Below the pieces are notes generated by a model. It made no database searches. It was not told where the DNA came from and worked only from the letters and a program-made list of their open reading frames with translations. The position numbers and the translations under genes are program-made. From Octopus bimaculoides (taxonomy: Eukaryota): DNA of 46,608 bases. Below are positions 23,198 to 35,550 of this stretch, one piece after another. The stretch lies in NCBI RefSeq assembly GCF_001194135.2, contig NC_068994.1, positions 16,169,850 to 16,216,457 on the forward strand, written 5' to 3'. How positions within the stretch are numbered: the stretch's first letter is position 1; each line of letters opens with the position of its first letter.

Positions 23198-24296
23198 AAC
23201 AACAAACAAGATGAGAACAAATATCTATCAATTGTAAATAATGTAAATACTGTAGATAATTCCTCATCTCTTAAATATAGAAATATAGTATTTCCCCATG
23301 ACCAGACATGTTTTTCATTTGCATGACAGTGAAACTTGTTTACATCTATCAAACTATGTCAAAGCAATGGTATACACAAACACAAACATTCATATACGTT
23401 GGTATTTTGGAAATACATCATGGAGTGATAGCCATGCACTGCATAATTATGGGCAGCCCATTCACAAGGCATAGCTCCAATTATCCTGCCAGGGATATGG
23501 CAAAGTTATGGGACTGTAGCATCATAGATTGTGAAGAGGTAGCTAGAGAGCTCAACTGAACCAATGGTGCTGAGTGGAAGAATCCTAGAAGATCGACAAT
23601 CAGGATCACCAAGCTCTATCAAGAGAGTAACTGCAATGCATCCATAGAGGTGGCATCCATGGTTGTGTAATCAGCTAATGAAAGGTTCATTATGACTCAG
23701 GCTCCTAATTTAGATATGAATAAATAGAATTGGGTGGTGACAGAGAGTTACAGGAATCCATGCAAGCAACATGACTGAATGATTTGATGTTACTTATTTC
23801 AATTCCTGTCTATCAAATCCACTCACAAGACTTTGGCCAGCCTTGGGCAACAGTAGAAGACACTTGCCCAAAGTGCCACAGAGAGGTACTGAATCCAAGA
23901 TCACATGGTTAGGAACCCAGCTTCTCAACCACACAACCATGCCTGCAACTTATATTATTACAGTAACAAATGTGTTTCTAATCTGGCTAGAGTAGCTGTA
24001 GATTTTGATGCAGTCAGTAAATATTCTCCTTTGATTTTGAAAGAAATGTTAATGTATTTATAGGGCAGAGACTTTTAACTGTGTATAAATTTTTCTTTTC
24101 TGTCCCAAACAACTATATCAAGCCTGTTTGAATTTGGTAGAAGTTTTAATAGGAATGTTCCGCCAATATACCCTATGTTGATTCATATGTGCTTAACAAC
24201 AGAAATGTTCTTCTATTTACTCCAGAGCCATCTCTTTTTTCTTCTGTGGATGGCATTGTGTATTGTTTATGCAACAACATGATCATGCTGCTTAAA

Positions 24297-24695
24297 AGGA
24301 AGGAAGGAAGGAAGAAGGAAGGAAGGAAGGAAGAAGGAAGGAAGGAAGAAGGAAGGAAGGAAGGTTAGTTGGTTGGCAGGCATATGTATGTATGTATGTA
24401 TTTATGTATGTATGTGTATGTATGTATGTGTATGTATGTATGTATGTATGTATGTATGTATGTATGTATGTGTATATGTATGTATGTATGTGTGTATGTA
24501 CATATGTATGTATGTGTGTCTACGTATGTGTATGTATGCATACCCGCATGTGTGTGTGTTTTTGTGTGTTTGTATGCACGTGTGCATTTGCATGTGTACG
24601 TGTATATGTATATATGCATGTATGTGTACATGTGTGTTGTGTGAGTGTGGGCATTTGTAGACTGGAATGCATATATACACACACACACACATGCA
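24297..24695. repeat. (GGAA)n followed by a long compound (TATG)n/(TG)n microsatellite
   Basis: Seen directly; source of several spurious ORFs. Confidence 0.95.
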
Positions 24696-25424
24696 ATCAC
24701 ATATAAATAGATGGGGAGCTAGATGTATAGAGAGAGAGAGAGGTAGCTGTGTGGATTTTACAGATTGATGAAAGCTGGAAACATCGGAAGAGGAAGGAGT
24801 AGGCAGAGTGCCTTGTTGCAAATGAGCAGGTTCTAATGGTCCTGTCTGACGGTAGTAATATGACAATTTTAAGAGTATTTAAGCTTATTTTACAAAGGCC
24901 AGCTCTGTTAGACTGCAATCCACAATGGGATTTTCTGCTTGCATTCTCTTTGAGTTGATTCTCTCATTTGTCTTAACATTCGTCTTCTTTCCCTATAATG
25001 GAGATTTTGTCCCATAGAGGCATAGGATTACCATTCACATTTAATACTTTTAGAGGTTTAGGAAACAAAGAAAAGGATGGAAGTGAAAATATATTCAAAA
25101 CAAGACCTGCAGCATATTTATAAGAATTTGAATTAAGGATAACATTTTTATCAGAGGAATAAGAAAACTGAATGGCTAACTGAGACTCCAAGACTCCATT
25201 TAGATTCCAAATGAGGCAAATATAACCGTTTATATTGTTTGCCACGGAGCTAACACAAAGACCACTTTAATATCTCTATCAATGCCAAACACAATTCGAT
25301 TCTCTCAAAGAAAGTCGTTATGATTTTCTTTTCCTTACTTGGTTGCCAAATTCTTGCCATTGCCACTACACTGTCATCCTTGGGAGTTCCTGCATTTATT
25401 AGGAAGTTGATATACATATATATG

Positions 25425-25483
<59 letters not shown>

Positions 25484-26143
25484 NNNNNNNNNNNNNNNNN
25501 NNNNNNNNNNNNNNNNNNNNNNNNNNNNNNNNNNNNNNNNNNNNNNNNNNNNNNNNNNNNNNNNNNNNNNNNNNNNNNNNNNNNNNNNNNNNNNNNNNNN
25601 NNNNNNNNNNNNNNNNNNNNNNNNNNNNNNNNNNNNNNNNNNNNNNNNNNNNNNNNNNNNNNNNNNNNNNNNNNNNNNNNNNNNNNNNNNNNNNNNNNNN
25701 NNNNNNNNNNNNNNNNNNNNNNNNNNNNNNNNNNNNNNNNNNNNNNNNNNNNNNNNNNNNNNNNNNNNNNNNNNNNNNNNNNNNNNNNNNNNNNNNNNNN
25801 NNNNNNNNNNNNNNNNNNNNNNNNNNNNNNNNNNNNNNNNNNNNNNNNNNNNNNNNNNNNNNNNNNNNNNNNNNNNNNNNNNNNNNNNNNNNNNNNNNNN
25901 NNNNNNNNNNNNNNNNNNNNNNNNNNNNNNNNNNNNNNNNNNNNNNNNNNNNNNNNNNNNNNNNNNNNNNNNNNNNNNNNNNNNNNNNNNNNNNNNNNNN
26001 NNNNNNNNNNNNNNNNNNNNNNNNNNNNNNNNNNNNNNNTTAACAAATTGTTCTTATATACTTAAGTTTTATCATTTTTGTTACTATTTCTTTTTTTCTT
26101 TTTCAATTTTACCATGAAATTATTTCAGAAAAGATTGTTGTTG

Positions 26144-26201
<58 letters not shown>

Positions 26202-26739
26202 TAGTATTATTATTTACTATTATTATCGTTAGTATTTTTTTTTTAAGTAAAGCTCACATGGTTGGTTTAAACTGGATGCTGAGAAAAAATATCAATGAAA
26301 TCTAATGCTTTACAGTTCTGCTGTGAATAATGCATAGCTCCTATTATATTGATATGCCAATGACTACAGAATTATATTGACAGCTTATAGTTATTTCTTT
26401 TTTGCTTCTTCTTTTTCTCACATTTCTCTTTCAACTGAACTAAAGGAAAATTCAACAAAACAACAACAACAAATAAACAATTCATGTTTATGAATCCATA
26501 TATGCATGTGTCGGCTTATAACAATGTTTAATTTAAACCAAATAATCTACATGTGTGCAATTTCTGTGGATTATAAATGTCCACATGCACACAATAGACA
26601 CAAAAAATATCCTTTGCCTTGATCGGTTTACTTATTCTATATTAAAATGTACACTTCTAAATCTGTGTGCGTGTGTATGTATGTATTTATGTATGTANNN
26701 NNNNNNNTATTCAGTTTTATTTCAAGATTTCTTGCCAAT

Positions 26740-27024
26740 ATTTCTATGCAGCTCATACACTCCTCTCCATACACTTTCTGCAAATTTACCTAGGCGTCTG
26801 AGCAGGTATCACCATGACAACTTTCTCTGTTGTGGTCAATGTGACGATCACATGCTACACACCTTCCTTCCTAGCACTGCTATAAACAGAAGTGAGCGAG
26901 AACATTAAAACTCAGTGTCCATGCACAGCAGAGTTCAAAGTCAATCTTTGCCAAGTGGCTTCACTTTGCATGCTTTAGCTACGTTACTATAGCAACGGTC
27001 CAGATACTTATTGATCAGACCTCA
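26740..27024 (-). mobile_element. Mariner 5' end (TIR plus start of transposase)
   Basis: Minus strand TA|TGAGGTCTGATCAATAAGTATC TIR; downstream DTCSDA*VNLQKVYGEECMS resembles the mariner N-terminus. Confidence 0.7.
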
Positions 27025-27187
27025 TACATACATACGTACGTACAGAAATATGTGTGCTGATGTAAAGGTGATACTTGGTTACCCAGCCAGAGGGAAGAGC
27101 AAGAGAAGGAGAGAACAAGTGATCAAGGATGAGGGCAGAAACAGGTGTGCTGCTGTAGAGGAGATACATGGCTACCCAACCAGAAGG

Positions 27188-27224
<37 letters not shown>

Positions 27225-27643
27225 TGAGAAACAGCAAAAGGGCAAGAGAGAGTAAGAGAGAGATGGTGGTGAAGTGCCAGGGTATACTTACTAGTAACAA
27301 GGATCAGAGCATAAATGGAATGGTAGAGTAAGGAAGGGAGAGATAAATGATGGAAATTGCTAGGGCATGCCCTGAAGGTACAGAGGTCATGATATACGTA
27401 GCCAGGTATTGCTCAGAAGGTGTGAGTAGGGAGTGGGGATTGCAGTGACTGGTGAAAACCTGGGTATAAAGATGGGGTGGGGTAAAGCAGCAATACATTG
27501 AGCAGGGCAGTGAGGACAGGGATTGGGGAGAGGGAGACAATCATAGTGTATGAAGAAGAAATGCGAGGAAGAAAAAGATGCAGTTTAGAAGAGGAGATTT
27601 AGTTTGGATTCTAGGGGTAGGTTGTGTGAAAAGTTTATTGTTA

Positions 27644-28090
27644 GGCGCAGGAGTGGCTGTGTGGTAAGTAGCTTGCTTACCAACCACATGGTTCTGGGTT
27701 TATTCCCACTGCGTGGCACCTTGGGCAAGTGTCTTCTAATAATAGCCTCGGGCCGACCAAAGCCTTGTGAGTGGATTTGGTAGATAGAAACTGAAAGAAG
27801 CCCGTTGTATATATGTATATATATATATATATATGATGATGATGATGATGATATATATATATATATATGTATGTGTGTGTATATGTTTGTGTCTGTGTTT
27901 GTCCCCCCAACATCACTTGACAACCGATGCTGGTGTGTTTACATCCCCGTAACTTAGCGGTTTGGCAAAAGAGACCAATAGAATAAGTACTAGGCTTCCA
28001 AAGAATAAGTCCTGGAGTCGATTTGCTCAACTAAAGGCGGTGCTCCAGCATGGCCGCAGTCAAATGACTGAAACAAGTAAAAGAGTAAAA
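27644..28090 (+). mobile_element. Full-length young tRNA-derived SINE (family A)
   Basis: ggcgcaggagtggctgtgtggtaagtagcttgc head, central (TA)/(GAT) microsatellite, gtaaaagagtaaaa tail. Confidence 0.9.
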
Positions 28091-28109
28091 GAGAGAGAGA
28101 GAGTTACAT

Positions 28110-28395
28110 GTGGATGGGACACAATGTTTCTAGCACTCAGTTTTGCTGACGTGGGTGGGTCTTCTCTAAAACCTCATACCATCAGACATCTCACTCCATT
28201 GTCATTTCCTCAGTGAGCCCTAACATCGTGAGATCAGTCCTCACCACTTCATCCCATGTCTTCCAAGGTCTCCTTCTTCCACAGGTACCATCCATTTTCA
28301 GTGATAGGCACTTCTTTATACAGCTGTCTTTACTCATATGCATCACACGTCCAAACCAATGCATTCTCCTCTCCTGCATGCCAATATTTTCATGA
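28110..28395 (-). mobile_element. RTE-clade LINE 3' end
   Basis: RRMHWFGRVMHMSKDSCIKKC...GTCGRRRPWKTWDEVVRTDL..LGL, the characteristic RTE ORF C-terminus. Confidence 0.8.
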
Positions 28396-28479
28396 ACCTC
28401 ACTTTTTATTTGTCTTTCTTAATCCCCATCTTTTAGTTTTCCTCTTCCATGTTTATAGATTATTCTGACAGCCATATCA

Positions 28480-28860
28480 CAGGACACAAGGAAATGGTAA
28501 ATACAGTTGCTGATCACATGGTTGATTTCTTCATTTCTAATTTTGCACAATTTTTCATTTGTTGTCAATCATTTTCTGGAGAATGCTTTGTTTCTAGTTA
28601 AACTTCATTATTCTTGAACTGCATGAAAATAATTTTCAACATTTCAAGCTTCTGGTTTTGGTTCATCTTGTCTATAGTCTTTTTTATTTTCCATTTTAAA
28701 TATCAATGGCCTAATCTTCTGGTATTATTCATATTTATTTCACTAAGTCATTGTGTAGCGAAAGTACTGGTCGTTATGTTGGTGAAAGGCTTCGGTTAGT
28801 TTCTTACTGTATGCTTCCGGCAAGTTTTGTAGATATTTTAATAAGAAGAAAACCATTTGA
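28480..28860 (-). pseudogene. Possible degraded R4/Dong-like LINE fragment (pre-CCHC region)
   Basis: AVQE**SLTRNKAFSRK*LTTNEKLCKIRNEEINHVISNC resembles the C..C...ET..H...GC knuckle; many stops. Confidence 0.45.
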
Positions 28861-30661
28861 TGATTATGAACATCTGCAAAATACATGCTCATTTGCTATT
28901 TCTGTCAAATGAAAGAATGAGTCAGTGATGAATGGATGAATGAATGAATGAATGGATGGATGGACGGATGGATACAGCATCATCACCATCATCATGCTCA
29001 TGATCATTTAACAATCATTTTTTAATCCTGGCATGGGTTGGACACTTTAAGAGGATCCAATGGGCTCAAGGACTGTACCATTCTCCAGTGTCAGCTTTGG
29101 CATGGTTTCTACAGCTGGATGTCTTTCCTAACAGCAATCACTTTGCAACATGTACTGGGTGCTTTTTATGTGCTACTGGCACTAATAAGGCTACAAGACT
29201 ATAAAACATGAGGTTGGTGGCAGGGTAGCTTTATGCCAAGAGACAAGAGATGAGAGGAGTGGCGACAAGCAAGTTCTTGTTATATACATACATAAATTTG
29301 TAATTACATGAGTGGGAGCACCATGAAGTAGTAAAAACTGAATCCAATTTCTTATTCAACTTAATCACTCACTATTTATGCCAATTGTTGTTTAGCCCCA
29401 AGTCATCTTTTTTTCTCCCCAGACACTGCATATCTAAACCTACATTATCTAATGTCCCTCCTTCTCACTTCAAAATGATAGGGTATACTTTTAGGGAAAT
29501 CTTTTTAACTGCTATTTCTAGCAAGTCAAGCAGTCCTACAGAGGCTCCTTAACTGGTTCTCTATTCCAGTGAGTTCAGAGAGTAGTTAATAGCATGTAGC
29601 AGGAAGGATTCACTAGCCTTTTACAGATTATATGAAAAAGCTTTGTGAGATGTTCCAAAAGTTCATTAATGGTTCCAAGACATTTTTCAACAACAATCTC
29701 TGCACCCTGGAGTCAGTTAGTTGCATTCCTGCTCAACATGTCCATCACTCCTCTTTTCATCAGCCATTTTGTGTAACACATCAAAGTGGAGATGCATGGC
29801 TCAGCGGTTAGGCTGTTAAATTCATGATTGTAAGATTGTGGTTTTGGTTCCTGGACCAGGCAATGCATTGTGGTCTTGAGCAAAACACTTCATTTCTCAT
29901 TGCTCCTGTCCATTAAGCTACTAAAAATGAGTAGTCCTGCGATCAACTGGCATCCTGTCCAGAGAGGAATATACACACCAGAGAAACCAGGAGTAATAAG
30001 CCCCTGCACTAACTACCATATCCAATCTTTCCACTTTGCAGCATCAACTCATTGGAATTCTCTTTCAATCCACATTGATTTGCAGTTGTTAAGACTGAAC
30101 GTCAACAGTGCTTGCAAAGTGCCCTGGAAACAACTTCACCTTTTCAACTAAATCAATTAAAATAGTAAAAAAAAAAAAAATCCACTTTGTAAGTGCAAAC
30201 CTGGTTGTATGGTTAAGAAACTCACTTTGCAACCATGTGCCAATGGGTTTAGTCACACTGTGTGGCACCTTGTGCATGTATCTTCTACTATAGCCCTGAA
30301 CTAACCAATGCCTTGTGAGTAGCTTTGGTAGATGGAAACTGTGCAAGACCATTGTGTGCATATGTATGTGTGTCTGACTCTCTGTGTTAGTCTGTTTGTC
30401 TGTCTGTTTGTCTGTCTGTGTCAGTTTGTCTTCCTGTTTATTCCCCACCATCACCATTTGACATTCAGTGATGTTTTGTTTATATCCCCATAACTTAGCA
30501 GTTCGGTAAAAGGTACTGACAGAATAAGTACCAGACTTAAAAACATAAGTATTATAGTCAATTTGTTCTAACTGAAACCCTTCAAGTCAGTGCCTGAGCC
30601 TGGCTGCAATCCAATGACTGAAATATATTAAAAATACAAAAGATAAAACTGTGATGCTTAC

Positions 30662-30816
30662 TTGCTTTTGGAAGTCAGCATCGTTTCGTAGAGATTAATA
30701 AGCTCCAAGTAGCTGGTGGGTGTGATATAGTAACGGCGTTTCAAGGCATTATAGAAGTCTTCAGATATTTTCCTTGTACTAATATGCATGGTCACGCAAA
30801 CAGAAGCAAGTTGCTC
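30662..30816 (-). CDS. DNAH6: Dynein heavy chain exon: EQLASVCVTMHISTRKISEDFYNALKRRYYITPTSYLELINLYETMLTSKS(K)
   Basis: Not in the ORF track. acatag acceptor, gtaagc donor; 155 nt; conserved YY.TPTSYLELI motif. Confidence 0.95.
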
Positions 30817-31102
30817 CTATGTTTAATGAAAGAAAATCATGATTAATTTAAAAACAAACACACACACACACAAACATAAGATCCAAGGAATGAGGCGTAG
30901 GAAGAAAGTTAGCTTCAAGCAATCCATAATAAATATAAAAAACAACTTTTCCAGGGACAATAGTGGTTTATTGAGATGGAAGGTTGTGGGGTTTTTTTGC
31001 ATCAAAGTACGATAAACAGAAAAAAGTTCTTTCTATATTTCATGGTAGGTGACCAGGGTGGCAAATAAGAATACAAGAGTTAAGGAATGGAGCAGATAAA
31101 AT

Positions 31103-31192
31103 CCGGGCTACATATGTTTCATAGTGAGCAGAACCTTGGAAGTGGTAAATATTCAAGCGAGGTGTCTACCGCAGGCTACTCATCAGGCCAAG
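31103..31192 (-). ncRNA. Hammerhead-like motif with a large structured loop II, family e
   Basis: Minus strand: CTTGGC CTGATGA GTAG [about 52 nt] CTAT GAAA CATATG TA GCCCGG; palindromic stem III ACATATGT. Confidence 0.5.
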
Positions 31193-31557
31193 GGTATCTT
31201 GATTGAATGAAAGTTTACATTGTTGCAAGGAGGTACTTGTTAATACATGGAAGAATTGATCCTTGTGACAATGTAAACTTTCATTCACTCAAGATACCCT
31301 CAGCCTGACAAGTAGCCTATGGTATACATGTTAAGAAAAAAGCTTAATGTCATAATAATTTTTCAACCCAATCACATGAAGGAATAAAGGCACTCAATAC
31401 ATTTAGTAGGAGTTACTTGTATTATTTAAAACAGTTTGATTCAGCTCCACAGTTTTGCAGGCCATTCGATAATCTAAGCCTAAAGAGATGGGTTTCTGTT
31501 AGGGTCCATGAAACTTTAAGTCAACTGTTTTAAATAATATATTACATGTATTATTTA

Positions 31558-31598
<41 letters not shown>

Positions 31599-31773
31599 TG
31601 TGCTCTATAGAAAGGCTGGCCTTGTTAGTCACATTCAACACTGGCTAATGTCCCTCAGATTTGAGGGACAAGCCATTAATGAGATATATATATATATATC
31701 AGTGGCTTGTTCCTTATACTTCGTTTTTGTATCTGGTTTTCAAGGTTCTTTGTGTGAATTTGTGTGTTGAAAG

Positions 31774-32091
31774 AAATTTTGTTGTGTCTAGAGAGAGTCA
31801 TTATTCCAATATAATTAACACATACACTTGTTCATTTCTACTCCTTTATTATTAGACAATTGGTAAAATATCTAACTAATCGATTATTTAATTTCTTTTG
31901 TTTTGTTTGTCAAAGCTCTTTCTTGAAAAGGTTGCAAGTAGCAACGAAAGAGCATTGACAAACGAAAACAAAAGAAATTAAATAATCGATTAGTTAGATA
32001 TTTAACCAATTGTCTAATAATAAAGGAGTAGAAATAAATCAGTGTCTGTTAATTATATTGGCATAATGACTCTCCCTAGATAGCAAAATTT
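31774..32091. repeat. Long foldback palindrome (arms about 148 bp, 23-nt spacer)
   Basis: 31774-31922 is the reverse complement of 31946-32091; the inner part is almost perfect. Confidence 0.9.
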
Positions 32092-32753
32092 GTCCCTTGT
32101 ATATGTATATATATATATATAATATAAGATATGTATATATGAGTGTGTGTGTGTGTGTGTGCATATATATGTGAAAGTCATTTACAGCTGAGTGAACTGA
32201 AGCAACATGAAATAAAGTGTTATGCTCAAGAATACAACACACAACCTGGTTTAGGAACCAAAACCAACATTTTATGATCATGAGTGCAACACCCAAAACA
32301 TTAGGCCACTCACCTTTACAATCAATACAGAAGACCACAAAACACACACACACAGAAAAAATTGACAGTTTCTATATTGCTCAACTGACCTTAATGCAAT
32401 TCTTTTGGTATATTGAATTCAGCAATAATGCATCTTTCAGCAAGATGCTTAAGTCCCCCTTGCCTAATTATCAAATGAATATAACCCTATAAGTGGAAGC
32501 CATGTGGCATTGAAATGTCTGGTTCCCATCATCTGTCTCAAGTAAAGTGATATCTAGAAAGGTTTATTATTCAGAGGTATAAAGGATATTTGGAATTCAT
32601 TTACTGCTGCAAGAGATAATTTGTAATTTATTGATTTCAAATAGCTAAAATTGCCATCTGTATTGTGTGTGTGTGTATGTGTGTGTATATGTAAGTACAC
32701 ATTTGTGAGTGTGTCTATGTGTGTGTGAGTTTAGGTGTACATGTGTGTGTTTG

Positions 32754-32790
<37 letters not shown>

Positions 32791-32800
32791 NNNNNNNNNN

Positions 32801-32834
<34 letters not shown>

Positions 32835-34759
32835 GTATGTATGTATGTACAAATATATGTATATATATACAGTAGCTGCAGCATTCACAATTTAGTAGAG
32901 TAAATATATATTTATGAAAAAAACTCCCCATAATCTACTTCCTAAGCTAAAAACCACTCCCAGCATTATTAAGTGTCCTACACTAAATTTCACAAATTGA
33001 CATAAGAAAACAGGTATCCATTTTAAACAAGAGGAAAGTTATATAAGGAAAGATAGTTTTTTGCTTAAGGTTCCAAGTTACACACACTCACAAGTTTAAA
33101 GTGACATTGAGTGTGTGCTTCTCTTTCTGGGCACAACACTACACTGCATTGCTTCAGTAGTTGCTATAGCTGCTGGGACTATGAACCAGTTTAAAACCAG
33201 AGTCCATCAGTTGTTTCAGTACCTTTTGGCAGTATGAATAAATAAATGTGCTCTTTTAAAGCCTAGCCAGGCTCATGGGCCCGGTTTCTATGGTGTATGT
33301 ATTCCCCCCTCCAGCTGGACAAGACGCCAGTCCATCGCAGCGTTACTCGTTTTTGCCAGCTGAGTGAACTGGAGCAACGTGAAATGAAGTGTTTTGCTCA
33401 AGAACACAACGCGTTGCCCGGTCCAGGAATCGAAACCACAATCTTACAATCATGAGGCTGACACCCTAACCACTAAGCCACGTGCCTCCACACCTTTTGG
33501 CAGTAGAGCAGTAATATGATTCTGAATGAGCACAGATCACACACCGAGAGAAACAAATTCTTTTCATCTAATGAATTAAAGCTTACATCAGTAAACATAC
33601 TGGTTAGATTTTAACCTTTTAGCATTTAAACTTCTGGTCCAAATAAAAAGGGTAAGGGTAAAGACTCCCTTTGGTCATGAATGACCATGGGGTTGCACCT
33701 AGAATGTCACCCTCTGAGGCACAAGTCCGGGCAAGGTTGTTTATGGAAGACCAACAGTCACCTTGCATACCAGCCTCCCCTCTCCATGCACCAATGTTAT
33801 CCAAGGGAAAGGCAAAGGCTGACACAGCTTGGCACCAGTGATGCTGCAATTCATTTCTACAGCAGAGTGAACTGAAGCAACATCTTATAAAGTGTCTTGC
33901 TAAAGAACACAACACACAGCTCGGTCTGGGAGTCGAACTCACTACCTCATGATTATGAACCTGATGCTCTAACAACTGAGCCATGCACCTTCAAATATTT
34001 TACCTGCTTTTCATTCAAACTGGCTATATCTGGCCCCTTACACCTATCCTACACAGCCATGCTAAAAATAACCAATCAACTTCAAAATCTCAAAACCACA
34101 AGATAATGCATGATTAATTCAAAACAACAAGAATAAATAAACATTACATTTGACAGAGTAATCTGAATGCTTAAGGGTTCACCAGTTTCCAGATAAAGTA
34201 ATATTTCCCGTGGCCAAGCATGTCTTAGAAGGATACTGTTTGCATGGTGGGGAGGACTAGGAGGATGAGGGTGAAGAAGAGAGGAAGAAGGGAGGAAGAG
34301 GGTGGGGGCTGATGATGCTGGTGATATTCAGGGAAACTAACCTATTGGGAGGGAAGGCACATGGCTCAGTGGTTAGGGTGTTGGACTCATGATCGTAAGA
34401 TTGTGGTTTCAATTCATGGACCAGATGATGCATTGCGTTCTTGAACAAAACACTTCATTTCATGTTGCTTCAGTCCTCTCAGCTGGTAAAAATGAATAAT
34501 CCTGCAATGGGCCAGTGTCCTGTCCAGGGAGGAATGTATAACCAGAGAAAGTGGGAAAACTGTCCCTATGCCCCTTACAGAATAACATGAACTAACATTC
34601 ATTTGAAAATACTTTTTTATAGAAGTGATCGTATAATTTACATTTTACAATGAATTTCATGTTTGTCATATACAAAAAGACAAAAGGACTTAAAGTTTGG
34701 ACAAAGAATTGGTTTTGCATGAAATGTTAAAAACAAAAACAAAAACAAAAAAGACCTAC

Positions 34760-34946
34760 ACTCATGCTTTGTACAGATGTATCTGCTTCTTGGAAAAAAA
34801 GTTCAGCCACAGAATATAAAGCTTCTTCAGGCCATTCAGTGAACCAATCAATGGAGCAACAATTCACTAGAGATGGAAACATGCGGCATCGTGCTCTAAA
34901 AGCTGTTCCGACTGGACTCATGCAGAGCACAATATGGAGGTTTGTC
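34760..34946 (-). CDS. DNAH6: Dynein heavy chain exon: TNLHIVLCMSPVGTAFRARCRMFPSLVNCCSIDWFTEWPEEALYSVAELFFQEADTSVQSMS
   Basis: taacag acceptor, gtaggt donor; 187 nt; conserved LHIVLCMSPVG and FPSLVNCC.IDWF motifs; phase matches both neighbours. Confidence 0.95.
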
Positions 34947-35096
34947 CTGTTATGATGGATATTAAAAAAATACATAAAATACAAAAATATTCCTTACTAC
35001 AATATGCACAAGGCCTGAAATTTGGTGGGAGGGAGCTAGTCAATTACATCGACCCCAGTGTGTAACAGGTACGTATTTCACTGTCCCCAAAAAGAC

Positions 35097-35550
35097 TGTA
35101 GTGACGCCTAATACCAGTCGCCATTTTGGAGAGTTCGCCCATGCATGCGCAGGGACATGTTTTCCGGAAGGTATGCAGGAAGTCCCTCATGCACATGCAT
35201 GGTCATCCTATATCCAAGCGTTCCCGCCTTTTCTCTACCTCTTAGCGCTGCACATTCGAGGACACCAGACCACTAAGAGCCACTCTGTCAACTCTGCTTT
35301 GAGTCAACACAGTCTACCACGGAGACAGTGAAGAATGGCTTAACCATCCAGCAACTATACTAATGCTGTCTTCACACCAACCATAAAGGGCGACCTAGCA
35401 AAGCCGTTATCCTGAGATGTAAGGCTGAGCACCTCGTAATAAATATTTGTTATGCTGTTATTCAATTCATTCAGCGTTTTCGTTTCCTTATTGAAGAAAA
35501 TTGATTGTACGGGATAGGGTTACCCAAAGATGGTGGCCCTATCACCTACA
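35097..35550 (+). mobile_element. Solo LTR (Ty3/gypsy-like) inserted in a family B SINE
   Basis: TGTAG...CTACA termini; 4-bp TSD AGAC at 35093-35096 and 35551-35554; AATAAA near 35439; SINE sequence continues on both sides. Confidence 0.85.

Noticed and set aside
24365-24866. Stack of Y/I/H/T- and C/V/M/Y-rich ORFs; also poly-YI, poly-HT, poly-L, poly-Q and poly-X ORFs elsewhere
   Set aside because: Translations of microsatellites or N gaps.
31645-31715. Nested hairpins (tgtccctca/tgagggaca; ggacaagcca/tggcttgttcc around (AT)n) with a TTAATGA-GATAT resemblance to a hammerhead 5' half
   Set aside because: GAAA, stem III and the cleavage triplet are absent; short hairpins around (AT)n are common here.
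34305-34350. CTGATGA...GAAAC spacing in gggctgatgatgctggtgatattcagggaaac
   Set aside because: Stem II closing pair is mismatched, with no palindromic stem III or stem I; it lies in a purine-rich low-complexity tract.
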